Positions 1-12,112 of a stretch of DNA of 56,018 nt are shown here, piece after piece. Within the stretch, counting starts at the first letter, position 1. Each line of letters starts with the position of its first letter. The position numbers were made by a program, and so were the translations under genes. Below the pieces are notes generated by a model. That model ran no database searches, was not told the DNA's origin, and worked only from the letters and a program-made list of their open reading frames with translations. The stretch spans positions 5,697,123 to 5,753,140 of the forward strand of contig NC_068992.1 in NCBI RefSeq assembly GCF_001194135.2, given 5' to 3'. The DNA comes from Octopus bimaculoides (lineage: Eukaryota).

Positions 1-46
<46 letters not shown>
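1..46. repeat. (AT)n microsatellite, truncated by window start
   Basis: Perfect AT dinucleotide run. Confidence 0.98.
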
Positions 47-49
<3 letters not shown>

Positions 50-742
50 TACATATATAATTATGCATATGTACATATGTCTCCGTCAGTAATGTTGTTG
101 CAAAGCATAAAAGAATTAACGGAACATGCAGATGTCCCATTCGTTAACATCGTGTCTCTCTATCGTACTGACAAGTAGAGAGTTACAAATAGACCATGGA
201 CAATCGAGAAACTAATGTTATGTGTACAGGCATATGTGTATAGACATATAGACTGATGTGAAGTAAATATAATCGTAACAATACTTGGTTCAATCAGCTA
301 TAGAATTCAACTCGACCAGTATAAAAACATACTAATCATGTAGTGACAAGCTCGATTGATATTCCTATCATGCCTGCTAGATATAAATTGAATTACGATA
401 GGAGAATATGGTTGTAACACAACTGCTGATTGAGCGGAAATGACTGATAATGTCTGAAGAGCTTAAATTACATTTGCCGTGGTTCCAGACGGTCAGGTGG
501 TTGGACTATGACGTCAATCGTTCTACATAAATCGTCGCGATCACCAGTGTTTGATTTCAAATTTACGAAATCATGCATGTATCAGGAGACTAAACTAGAA
601 TTAATTGTTTCGATATTATTGTAGTTGTGGTTATGGAAGATTCTCAAATAGTTAACCCTCATCTATTTAGCTCAGGGAGTGAAATTATAAAACAAACAAT
701 AAAACTTAGTATTTTTTATATGATATATTTAGTGAATGTATG

Positions 743-785
743 TCTCCTTATGCCCCTCTCCTTATGCCTCTCCTTATGCCCCTCT
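743..785. repeat. Short minisatellite, 3 copies of TCTCCTTATGCC(CC)
   Basis: tctccttatgcccc / tctccttatgcc / tctccttatgcccc read directly. Confidence 0.9.
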
Positions 786-1070
786 TTCTCTCTCGTATTT
801 TGTCTTTTATACATACATACGCATATATATGTATACGTGTTGGAGAATGCATATATCTATATGGGCATAAACATATGCAACTCTATACGCGCAGGTCTGT
901 ATGCACCCATTTACATATACGTGCATACAGCTATATGTATATCTATCTATATGCATGAACATTCATTCGATCATACGTACATGCAAACATACATGTCTCC
1001 ATATATATATATATATATATACATGTATCTATGTATGCGTGTGTGTGTATGTAGTATATATATGTATATA

Positions 1071-1512
1071 NNNNNNNNNNNNNNNNNNNNNNNNNNNNNN
1101 NNNNNNNNNNNNNNNNNNNNNNNNNNNNNNNNNNNNNNNNNNNNNNNNNNNNNNNNNNNNNNNNNNNNNNNNNNNNNNNNNNNNNNNNNNNNNNNNNNNN
1201 NNNNNNNNNNNNNNNNNNNNNNNNNNNNNNNNNNNNNNNNNNNNNNNNNNNNNNNNNNNNNNNNNNNNNNNNNNNNNNNNNNNNNNNNNNNNNNNNNNNN
1301 NNNNNNNNNNNNNNNNNNNNNNNNNNNNNNNNNNNNNNNNNNNNNNNNNNNNNNNNNNNNNNNNNNNNNNNNNNNNNNNNNNNNNNNNNNNNNNNNNNNN
1401 NNNNNNNNNNNNNNNNNNNNNNNNNNNNNNNNNNNNNNNNNNNNNNNNNNNNNNNNNNNNNNNNNNNNNNNNNNNNNNNNNNNNNNNNNNNNNNNNNNNN
1501 NNNNNNNNNNNN
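1071..1512. other. Assembly gap
   Basis: N run. Confidence 0.97.
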
Positions 1513-1785
1513 TATGTAGTATATATATGTAGGATTCTATGTGTTATTAAATGATATATATGTTAAATTGTGCGTATCAAATGCAAATGTCTATTAAATA
1601 TAATGGTCGTACATATGTGTGATGCTATTTTCAGCAGTATATAATAGATAATTCATATAATGTCCTTTGAGTATTAGCTAACTAAATCGTTATAAATTCC
1701 TGTATTTCCGAAATATTTAAGATGCATAATTGTAACAATAACTTAAGAAAAAATATTACAAATATTCAATTGAGATAATTATTTT

Positions 1786-2005
1786 AGCGCTTACAGAATC
1801 ATTACCGCGCTGAAGGGAATGTTTAGTGTTATATCTTTCTGCTCATTACATTCCGAGTTCAAATTTATCTGTGACCGATTTAGTCTTTCATCCTTTCGGT
1901 GTCGATATGATGAGAACCAGTGGAGCGCCAGGGTTAGTATAATCGACTGGTAATTAATTATTCCTAACAAATTTAAGTCTTTGCGCCTATGGTGGAAAGA
2001 AGAGG
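1786..2005 (+). mobile_element. Degenerate SINE family A copy (tRNA-like head)
   Basis: acagaatcattac...ccgagttcaaattt...ctttcatcctttcggtgtcgat...aatcgactgg is colinear by eye with the copies at 7261-7427(-) and 37667-37868(+). Confidence 0.75.
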
Positions 2006-2026
2006 AATCATGTAAATATCACACTA

Positions 2027-2058
<32 letters not shown>

Positions 2059-2094
2059 CAGAATGAGATAAAAATCCAAGCGTCTGAAAGATTT

Positions 2095-2141
<47 letters not shown>

Positions 2142-3330
2142 ATGGAAGTAAAAAATAATATTTGAGTTTTAAATGCGGAAAATTTAAAATAGCGTACAAA
2201 TAAACGTACAAAATTGGGTAAAAATGGGTAAAAACGCGTAAATAAATAGTGCTTTTGTGCCATGAATGATTATTACTTCGTAGATTGGATAAGATTCCTA
2301 GTCTGAGCTATGCGTTGAGCTCTTAAGCAAAGAGCTTATTTTCCAGCATTTACAGGCTATTTAGTCGAGCTTATTTGTCAAAATGATTGGAGTCTTGTCC
2401 AATAATATATGATTTACACAACAAATTTTTAAATCCAATGAAAGCCGGCAAAAGCTCACATATGAGGAGCTTATAGGTCTGTGTCACCCCTACAGAACCT
2501 TCTGTAAACACAATATCGGAAGAAACTCAGCGTTGTAATTAACACAGCAGGAAAAGAACATATTCAACAGAAGTAAATGACGCAAAGAGTTAAATAAGAC
2601 ATAATATTCGATAATACGATTTTACTAGTAAATCGAGAAATGCAGCATATATCTTATGCATGTAAATATATTATAGATGTAAACTTGTACAGATTAGGCG
2701 TGAGTGTGTAATACCTACGAATAGATTGTAGGTTGAAATAAATTGCGTGAGAGAGTGTATGGAAAATTAAAAGTAGAATGGGAATCAATATATAAGATAA
2801 TGTATGCCAAAGGTGTAAACGTTCCACACAAGATATAGTGTACGATTGAGAAGGACATCAAACAAATATGAAAGGCAATCTGTTATTAATAAATAAAGAT
2901 AGCAACAATCACAGCTAAAATAGCATAGGAAGACAATAGCATTATATACAATGCAAGAGAGCAAAAATAAATATAACAAATTTGTAAAGAAATTGATTGC
3001 AATCACTATGATCAGAAATGAGTTCTACGTTTGTGGAAACCAATTTACACAATACTGATAAAGCGGTTTTTTTTTTTGGTTTTTTAAAGAAACTCACAGA
3101 TGATGAATAGAACATACAGAAGGGCATGCACCATTTAATTATACAAATTCAGATAAACAATCATATCATAAGATATAATTATAGACGCCTGACAGAACAA
3201 ATATTGAAACACAAAATCACACACAAATATATATATATATATATTATAGCAGAAACAGCTATTAGCTAATGAAGTTCATAGCTCATTGTTTATTTCCTTG
3301 TTTTTTTTCTAATCTTAATATATAAAACAG

Positions 3331-3629
3331 AGCTGTGGTAGGTTATAGAAAGGCGAAATATATCACCCCCTCACAATAGGGGTAGACGAACATCGCAAAG
3401 TTGTGACACGAGGAGATATTGGTAAATCGGGTATAGCTGATCATGTATGGAAAGATGGAAGCCACCTACCCCTGTAAGATGAAGTTAAAATAATAGACAG
3501 AGATCATCATTGGAAAATACGAAAACTAAAAGAAGCAGCACATATGCTAGGACACAACCTCCTAAGCAGTCCGAGTGCAACATATAGGAACCGGTATTAA
3601 GGAAGGATAGAAAACTATTAGATTTATAA
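3331..3629 (+). pseudogene. Penelope-like element GIY-YIG endonuclease C-terminal remnant
   Basis: Frame from 3331 reads SCGRL*KGEIYHPLTIGVDEHRKVVTRGDIGKSGIADHVWKDGSHLPL*DEVKIIDRDHHWKIRKLKEAAHMLGHNLLSSPS; after a frameshift NI*EPVLRKDRKLLDL*. Matches the PLE pattern C.CG..Y.GET.R.L..R..EH...S.IA.H......H...WD.VKII..E..W..R...EA. Stops at 3346 and 3475. Confidence 0.85.
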
Positions 3630-3666
3630 GCCCTAAAATTCACTCCAAAATTGCCCACAGTCAAAT

Positions 3667-3820
3667 GGCGCAGTGGTTAAGAGCGCAGACTACTAATTCC
3701 AGGATACCGAGTTCTATTCAAAGCAGTGATTTGAGTAATGATAATAATGATGACATCGAAAAATACCTTAGGAATAAGAACCCAGGTTCGAAATTTCCCC
3801 AAGACACCTGATGAAGGCTG
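3667..3820 (+). mobile_element. Family C repeat: tRNA-like head plus 5' half of a hammerhead-like motif, 3'-truncated
   Basis: A-box TGGCGCAGTGG (3666-3676), B-box-like GTTCTATTC (3711-3719). 3759-3809 is 48/51 identical to 43227-43277. Ends GACAC-CTGATGA-A-GGCTG (3803-3820). Confidence 0.85.
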
Positions 3821-3929
3821 TACATTGAAGTCAATTACAACATACTATATTACATAGTTCAAAGTACTTTCTAAAATTCTAAAGAAAAATAAGTAAATAA
3901 AGCATATTAGGTCCCTTTCATCTTTACAG

Positions 3930-4250
3930 AATGTTTCTATAATAAAATGGAAACAGACTGTTCGCCCAAGTGACTAACATTATTTCTTTGAAAAATGTTG
4001 ATAGATAGTTTGTCGCTAATTTCGATGAAAAGTCTTATGGCACTGAAAGAAAAATAAAAAAACTTTTCCAGTGTGTGAATGTTTTTCTCAAATTATAATT
4101 ATAACTGGTAGTTCTTTGTTTTTTGTTTTTTTTTTAATGGAAGGGCTTTGCTTCTCTGTATCCACTTCATTGTGTTTTACTATTCTAACCTTCTAACCTG
4201 TTAATAAAAAATTTAATAATGTTATCTTACGTAGATTCCAGGCCCAAAAT
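3930..4250 (-). pseudogene. Possible highly decayed Penelope-type reverse transcriptase remnant
   Basis: Minus strand, allowing frameshifts, gives YV(D)NI, a T..EV.TEKQS(LP)-like stretch, RK.FT and AIRLFIEISDKLSINIFQRNN, in the order expected for the PLE RT end and thumb. Needs several frameshifts. Confidence 0.3.
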
Positions 4251-4806
4251 ATCTCGAGATATGATGTATGTCTTCTGTCGGGAGAATCTGATGCATCTCG
4301 TAATTTTTGTTTTCAATAGAAATAACGCAGTAAACCTTACTTAACTCCATACTTGTTAAATTCATCGGTGTAGTTTCACATACAATATATAGGATGATCT
4401 TAATTCTTTTTTTTTCTTTTCCTTTTTTTTTCTTTTTTGTCTAGAGACTTCACCGATGTAAAGTGTTTCTTACTTACAATGCAGTATTGTTTCTTCTGCT
4501 TAGTTTTAGTGCATTTCATTTGGTGTTTCCTCCACGTTTTGCTTTTTAGTTCATAGCAAAATTTTACGTTTATTTGTTTATTATGCTTTATTATAATATA
4601 TTTTTCCGCTTTGTCAATATTTCAATTTAATGAATTTCAGTGTTTTCAGAATGCATAGCTCACTAAATTATTACTGTCAATTGTCTCACCAACTTCCAGC
4701 CAATGAAGGCAGAGTGTGAAGAACAGTAACAATTACTATAATATTTACATTACGAATAGAGCTGAAATTTTTAATACGGGGCTACAAATATATATATATA
4801 TATATA

Positions 4807-5239
4807 NNNNNNNNNNNNNNNNNNNNNNNNNNNNNNNNNNNNNNNNNNNNNNNNNNNNNNNNNNNNNNNNNNNNNNNNNNNNNNNNNNNNNNNNNNNNNN
4901 NNNNNNNNNNNNNNNNNNNNNNNNNNNNNNNNNNNNNNNNNNNNNNNNNNNNNNNNNNNNNNNNNNNNNNNNNNNNNNNNNNNNNNNNNNNNNNNNNNNN
5001 NNNNNNNNNNNNNNNNNNNNNNNNNNNNNNNNNNNNNNNNNNNNNNNNNNNNNNNNNNNNNNNNNNNNNNNNNNNNNNNNNNNNNNNNNNNNNNNNNNNN
5101 NNNNNNNNNNNNNNNNNNNNNNNNNNNNNNNNNNNNNNNNNNNNNNNNNNNNNNNNNNNNNNNNNNNNNNNNNNNNNNNNNNNNNNNNNNNNNNNNNNNN
5201 NNNNNNNNNNNNNNNNNNNNNNNNNNNNNNNNNNNNNNN
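4807..5239. other. Assembly gap
   Basis: N run flanked by (AT)n. Confidence 0.98.
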
Positions 5240-5993
5240 ATATATATATATATATATATATATACACGCCCTTGTATGTGTATGTGAATATATGCATGTG
5301 TGCAAGTATACATATATCCATTCAAACACTACGACAGTTTATTCTAATTTAAGTGAAAGTGTATAATCAGTAGAATATAAAGCCAGAACGTGGCTACTCC
5401 ATATTTGTTTGACACAGAACATAGTCCAGGCTTTTGAAAGGAAGCAAGGTGGTAATAATAGATATTGCCATGCTTTATTTCTTGCTTCCAATCCCATTAA
5501 AACTTACGGGGCTTCAAGCTCGTAGTAGAGAAATAAAAGAAAACATCTCATCACGCTGATGGAATATACAATTTTTGTTTCGATATGATGGGAAAAGACA
5601 ACAAAAAACGACAATAACAATGAAGTCAACAACAAGAACGAGGATAAAATCAACAATAACATCAGAAACAATAATGGTGTGCAAGCAACAAATGCAACAA
5701 GGAGCAAAACCGTGTTTTTCTTTGCAATCTTTTTTTCTTTTTACTTTTGTCTTTCTAGAAAAGTAATATTACTGATTCGAAGTGAGACTTATCTCCATAA
5801 TTTTAGTGAATGACACACGGGACATATTTGATATTTTGCCTTTGTATATTTCTCAGAACTTATGAATAAGCCTCTTACTTTCTATCGTATGTGATATATA
5901 TTTTAGTAATCAAAAACAAATGCCTGAAGAAGTATATATACATACATACATATATATATATATATCTATATATATATATATATATATATATAT

Positions 5994-6736
5994 NNNNNNN
6001 NNNNNNNNNNNNNNNNNNNNNNNNNNNNNNNNNNNNNNNNNNNNNNNNNNNNNNNNNNNNNNNNNNNNNNNNNNNNNNNNNNNNNNNNNNNNNNNNNNNN
6101 NNNNNNNNNNNNNNNNNNNNNNNNNNNNNNNNNNNNNNNNNNNNNNNNNNNNNNNNNNNNNNNNNNNNNNNNNNNNNNNNNNNNNNNNNNNNNNNNNNNN
6201 NNNNNNNNNNNNNNNNNNNNNNNNNNNNNNNNNNNNNNNNNNNNNNNNNNNNNNNNNNNNNNNNNNNNNNNNNNNNNNNNNNNNNNNNNNNNNNNNNNNN
6301 NNNNNNNNNNNNNNNNNNNNNNNNNNNNNNNNNNNNNNNNNNNNNNNNNNNNNNNNNNNNNNNNNNNNNNNNNNNNNNNNNNNNNNNNNNNNNNNNNNNN
6401 NNNNNNNNNNNNNNNNNNNNNNNNNNNNNNNNNNNNNNNNNNNNNNNNNNNNNNNNNNNNNNNNNNNNNNNNNNNNNNNNNNNNNNNNNNNNNNNNNNNN
6501 NNNNNNNNNNNNNNNNNNNNNNNNNNNNNNNNNNNNNNNNNNNNNNNNNNNNNNNNNNNNNNNNNNNNNNNNNNNNNNNNNNNNNNNNNNNNNNNNNNNN
6601 NNNNNNNNNNNNNNNNNNNNNNNNNNNNNNNNNNNNNNNNNNNNNNNNNNNNNNNNNNNNNNNNNNNNNNNNNNNNNNNNNNNNNNNNNNNNNNNNNNNN
6701 NNNNNNNNNNNNNNNNNNNNNNNNNNNNNNNNNNNN
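5994..6736. other. Assembly gap
   Basis: N run between (AT)n and (GT)n. Confidence 0.98.
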
Positions 6737-6855
6737 TGTGTGTGTGTGTGTGTGTGTGTGTGTATTACACGCTTAAACTTAACATAAGAACATGAAATTA
6801 ATGTCATTCATATTATTCTCCTTACGATGATGACAATAACAAATAACAAAGGCAT

Positions 6856-6872
6856 AATAATAATATCAATAA

Positions 6873-6915
<43 letters not shown>

Positions 6916-6916
6916 C
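6856..6916. repeat. Imperfect (AAT)n microsatellite
   Basis: Read directly. Confidence 0.9.
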
Positions 6917-7260
6917 CTAGTTGTGTAGAATGTTGGATGCCTAAAATCATAACTTCCCAAGACATGAAAAATTAAACACCTAGAATTCTGAAATCCAAGC
7001 TTAAATTTACCAGGAACAGCCAGAAAGATGATGAATACACACAAATTTGAGAGTACAGTTAGTACATTTGTTTCCAATTTTACTTTGGAATATCTCGTGG
7101 AGTTGATGAACGAAGTTGAACGTGAGCAACACCACGCATGTAAACATGAAGTTTTTTCTTTTATGGTGATAATGAAAACGGTAGCGATTTTAATGGACGT
7201 ATTAATGATAATACCAATAATAATCTGGTCTGCTATAGACACAATGCAACAAAGTTTGGC

Positions 7261-7427
7261 GGAGGGGACAATTCGATTATCTCGACCGCAGTATTTCACT
7301 GGTATTTAATTTGTCGACCCCGAAAGTATGAAAGGCAAAGTCGACCGAGGCGGAATTTGAACTCAGTTCGTGAAGACGGACGAAATACCGCTAAGCACTA
7401 CGCCCGGCGTGCTAACGATTCTGTTAG
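7261..7427 (-). mobile_element. SINE family A copy
   Basis: Reverse complement reads cagaatcgttagcacgccgggcgtagtgcttagcggtatttcgtccgtcttcacgaactgagttcaaattccgcctcggtcgactttgcctttcatactttcggggtcgac, matching 37667-37868 and 53256-53300. Confidence 0.9.
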
Positions 7428-7444
7428 ACATGACTTAAATTGTT

Positions 7445-7523
7445 ACTTCTACTATAGGCACAGGGCCTGGATTTTGTGGGGAGGGGAGGGGATCAATCGA
7501 TCACATCTTCCCCGGTACTCAAC
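7445..7523 (-). mobile_element. SINE family A 3' fragment
   Basis: ttctactataggcacagggcc...ggggaggggag...aatcga is the reverse complement of the tail at about 37805-37860. Confidence 0.75.
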
Positions 7524-7855
7524 TTCTAAAATTTTGCTACCCAATAATAATATTATATGTATGTGTTTATTTTATAAGCCGACTATTGCAGAATAACGTC
7601 TGAGATAGCGATCTGGACAATGATGATTGTTAAAGAACACCTGAATATCATAGACCAGGTGAGATAAATCTCCTCGTATCGAATACAAGTGCGGGAAATA
7701 TTGACATTTCGCCATTATTGTAGCTTATCAATACTGTGCACCTGAACGGAACTAAAGCGAATCAATCCCCTGGTCCATGATTTATATAGAAATAGAATGA
7801 GACGTATTCGCTAACGTGCTTCCTTTTAACGCGCGCGCAGACACTCATATACATA

Positions 7856-7895
<40 letters not shown>

Positions 7896-8115
7896 NNNNN
7901 NNNNNNNNNNNNNNNNNNNNNNNNNNNNNNNNNNNNNNNNNNNNNNNNNNNNNNNNNNNNNNNNNNNNNNNNNNNNNNNNNNNNNNNNNNNNNNNNNNNN
8001 NNNNNNNNNNNNNNNNNNNNNNNNNNNNNNNNNNNNNNNNNNNNNNNNNNNNNNNNNNNNNNNNNNNNNNNNNNNNNNNNNNNNNNNNNNNNNNNNNNNN
8101 NNNNNNNNNNNNNNN
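7896..8115. other. Assembly gap
   Basis: N run flanked by (AT)n. Confidence 0.98.
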
Positions 8116-8690
8116 ATATATATATTAAGTTTAAAATATAAGTCCTGGGATCGCTTTGCTTATTATACGGCAAACACACACATACATATATAATGGTAAA
8201 TATGAAAATGTTCAGGAAGTATAGCTTCTATAACAAACTCTGTTCTTATAAACACTTAAACGTCACGTTCAAAAATAAAACCACAAAACTTATCAATATA
8301 GCCAGACGACTGAGATAAAATGTTAGGTGTAGGGTAAAACGCATTGTATATAACAAATACATAGATAACACACAAAAAACGTTATTTCAAGGAAACGAAA
8401 TCACAATATTGGATGGATAACAATTGATGGTTTATGGTCGCCATGCGGTGTAAGAGATATGAGGAAAACATAGCTACAGATGTACATTGACTAGATTATA
8501 TTAGATAAAATATGGTGGAAATTGTTTACTGGTTGTGAGTGATGTGCTGTGTGTATAAATCTCTCCTAATGCTTGACTGTAATAAAGAATGCATCGTATT
8601 GCACGGATATATCTGATTTTATGGTGTATATTTTTCCTCGCGGATTTAAATGACCTCTGAAATACAAGCGTTCTGCTCACAAGATGCTTG

Positions 8691-8744
8691 GGCATATGAT
8701 GTAGTGGTTAAGAGCGCGGGTCACTAACTCCAAGATTCCGAGTT
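8691..8744 (+). mobile_element. Family C tRNA-like head only
   Basis: ggcatatgatgtagtggttaagagcgcgggtcactaactccaagattccgagtt aligns with the heads at 3667 and 43116. Confidence 0.8.
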
Positions 8745-11040
8745 ATCTTCGGTGTATTCGTCCCTATGGTTTCAAATTTAAACCTCGATCGATAGTAAAA
8801 TACGTGTGCATTTTCAATGTGATTCACATCTTTCGTTGTAAATCACGTTGAGCACCTCAATTATATTTTAGAAATGCTTTCGACCGCGTGAATCCTGGAA
8901 CAAATTTATTTAAGCATAGATGCATATCTAACCACATTCAACACTGAGTTGGAATTAACCGACACTTTCTAAACTGTCTCACAGAGTGTGTCCGTGAGTT
9001 ACGTTAAACTGTACAATATGTTATTTCTAACATATCGTATAGATCTATTTTCATACAACTACTTATTGTATTTATCATGCAGTATACTCCATTTTAGTAT
9101 TCCCCCAACACCCTATGTTTGAGCAACAATGCCAGAGTCCCTCATGCAACCGAAAACCAATGAATATTAACTCTTTTACCTAGCAATTACATAGGTTATA
9201 ATTTTAGATAGAAAAATGAAGCTGCAAAATATAATCGCTAGACACATGAAGAACATATACTAGTGGAGATCAAACAGTATGCCATGTGAAATTGAATGAC
9301 ATGTTTGACTTTGCCATGAATATATATCCACCACCTATGCTGTATACCTTTCATATTAAAAAAAGATGCGACCATTCTCTTCCACATGAGATGTTTGTTT
9401 TAGACTATACGCTCGTCATCACACCCCCAGCAATGAGCATCAGTTGTATTTCTTGCCAAGATAAACATCGGCCTGCATAATGCAAAGCAAAGTATTAAAG
9501 AAATAATTGCCATCTGCATGAAGAAAGTAGGTCAGGCCTACGCATTGTCATTGCTGCGAAGAAAACTGTGAATGACGTGAAGTGTCCGTTTGCATGACAC
9601 AGATATTTCTGTGGCCGGTCACCAATGAACGCCATTGAGAAAAGATGGCTAATTTAACTGGTAAAATGACCACTACAGCATTAAGTTGGCAGCTTCTTTC
9701 ACTGACAACAGTTCGTGGCAATTCAGTATGTGCTTCTGTGCTGCTGGAATATACATACTTTCTCATACTTAATGAATTTTGTTTTTTATAAAATGTAGGA
9801 GGAAAATGAAAATACCTATTGTCTGTGATAAATGCATTCTTTATATCTACTGCCCCTCTGTTTCATGTATATTTGTCTAAGATATTTTGTGATAAGGCAA
9901 GCTAAAATTATATGAATTATCGAGATAGAAACTATTGAACTATTTCATTAAATGAAAATAAGCAATGGAAGTGAAAAGAGGGATAATTATGTGATGTTTT
10001 GAAGAACCTTAGCAAAAAATGTGAATATTAGGAAAGGTGTGTTCTAATATGTTGATTTTTAAGTGTTAAAAACAAAATTAAAAAATATAAACATGAAATA
10101 GAAAAAAAGAAAGCTAACTAATACAATGGCAACTTTTATAAAAGTTGCTGTCAGGACAAAATGGTACACGGTATGAGAAGGTAAGGGTACAGGGGGAAGA
10201 ATATGAATATTTGATTCATGAATATTTTATTGCTGCAATGACCTGAAGGTCACTAATTGCAAACTTTTATGACGGCCAAGTACCTACTGTGTAATTTTCC
10301 GAAATCTAACATCACTGAATAATATTGAACTAATGGATTTCTCTACATGATTGATGTTTAAAACCGTCAGAAAAAACTATATTATTAGACATATTTGAAG
10401 AGGAAAAAACCAACTTATATGACAAATACACACAGCATGGAGACATTAAGGGAACTCTAGTTCCCTTTCCAACAATCTACTGACAAGACCAATTTGTTAG
10501 GTTGACAGGGAGGTCCTTGGAGTCTGAACAGCCTATTCATGTGTCAAATGCAGCCTTTGTGAATTGTAATAGAGAAAAACAAACCAGATAAATGTAGCAT
10601 CGTAGTGTTGATTTTTGGTCAGAAGCAAAAGTAAATGACAAAAATATTTTTTTCAAACAGCAAACGCTAAAACATTATTCAGGGGTAGACAGTGGTTAGC
10701 ACTTGGTGTTACTAAGCCTTACCGGATTTAAATTCTGTTCTAGCTGATTTTTGTTAAACATGAAACAGAGACTCACGAGACTCGTTCTCATTTCGGAAAA
10801 AAGAAATTGCCGTTTGAAATATTAGGGACGTCTTCTTCCATTAGAATAAACATTCACATTTAATTCAATGCAATTTGCTTTGTAAGAGAAATCTCTTTTG
10901 CCACGCTTCTCGACTATGTTAAGGCATTCGAAACATCAGTAATTCTTTTCGTCATTGTAGGACATTTCGTTTTCTAATTTTCTTTCAAAATGAAATACAT
11001 TTCCATGTGCAGCAAAGAGAGAGATAGAGACGTTTGGAGA

Positions 11041-11063
11041 GAGTGTGTGTGCGTGTGTATGTG

Positions 11064-11110
<47 letters not shown>
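11041..11110. repeat. Compound (GT)n-(GA)n microsatellite
   Basis: Read directly. Confidence 0.95.
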
Positions 11111-11673
11111 TAATCTATTGAACTGTCCAATTTTTTTAAAGAATAATCACATATATAAGTTTCTTACAATTTCATGGCCTTTCTTCCCTACAATTATTTT
11201 CAACACTGCAAACTAAATACTTAGAATTGTATTCTCCGTTTAAATGTTGGCAATTTCTATTTGAATTTTACTACATTGTATGACAGAGGCAATGAATCCA
11301 CTTTTGTCATCGTTTTGTTTTCTTGTATACATTCCCTTGGTTACTCTTGATTCAAACAATTGTATTGACATAGTTCGCAAGAAAAAGAGTTTCTTTCGAG
11401 CGTAGAATACTTTATAATTCATTCTTAAGACTTTAATTTGGTAAATATATTTTGTTCGTACTAACGATGAACTTTGGGTCTAATTTAAGCACTTCTAACC
11501 CAATACAATTAGCTACATTGATCATCCTTGGAAATAACATCTAATTATAAAATAATCCTGAAGTGCCATTAATCGTTCCATATAAGCATACCTATTGCAA
11601 CGCTTCCACCTATATTTTAAAGTATAATTATAGATGTTTTTGAATCAGTAATGTTGAGTTAAGTCCTATTCGG

Positions 11674-12112
11674 GGTGAAAAATCAATAAACTGATTCTTT
11701 ATGGAGTTTTCCATTTAATCAGGATAAAAAAAAATCGATAAAGGGATTTCTTATAGGATTTCCCAATATAATTGTCTACACCCCATGTTCCATCATAACT
11801 TTCACCAAATTTGATGTATTTTGTTCAAGCCTGATACCAGCATTACTTAGGACTCATGGTATTTTTGAATGCTTTAAGTTCTCCAAAAACAACAAAAAAG
11901 AAAATTGATGAGTGGAAAAATCAATAAAACGGTTCCTTATGGGATTTCCCCATCAAGGTGTCTGCAACACATTTTCAGGCAAAAGTTTAGCAATTTCAAC
12001 GGATTTCGCTCAAATTTGACGTCGATGTTACTTAGTTTGGTTTGAAATAAAGAACTTCATTAGCTTAATAATCGTAACTTAATCCCGGGAAAAGCCAGGA
12101 TATACTGCTAGT
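11674..12112 (+). mobile_element. Probable non-autonomous Helitron-like element, 3' part
   Basis: Imperfect GC hairpin ATCCCGG-GAAAAG-CCAGGAT (12082-12101), then CTAG (12108-12111) followed by T, the canonical Helitron 3' layout. Internal repeat gtg(g)aaaaatcaataaa...ttatgg..tttt/cccat at about 11674 and 11911. 5' end not located. Confidence 0.55.

Noticed and set aside
627-1554. Long ORFs such as 627..1532 and all other X-containing ORFs
   Set aside because: Length comes from N runs and dinucleotide repeats ([12 protein letters not shown]).
7028-7309. 93-aa ORF MMNTHKFEST...
   Set aside because: No recognisable motif; its 3' end runs into the antisense of a SINE.
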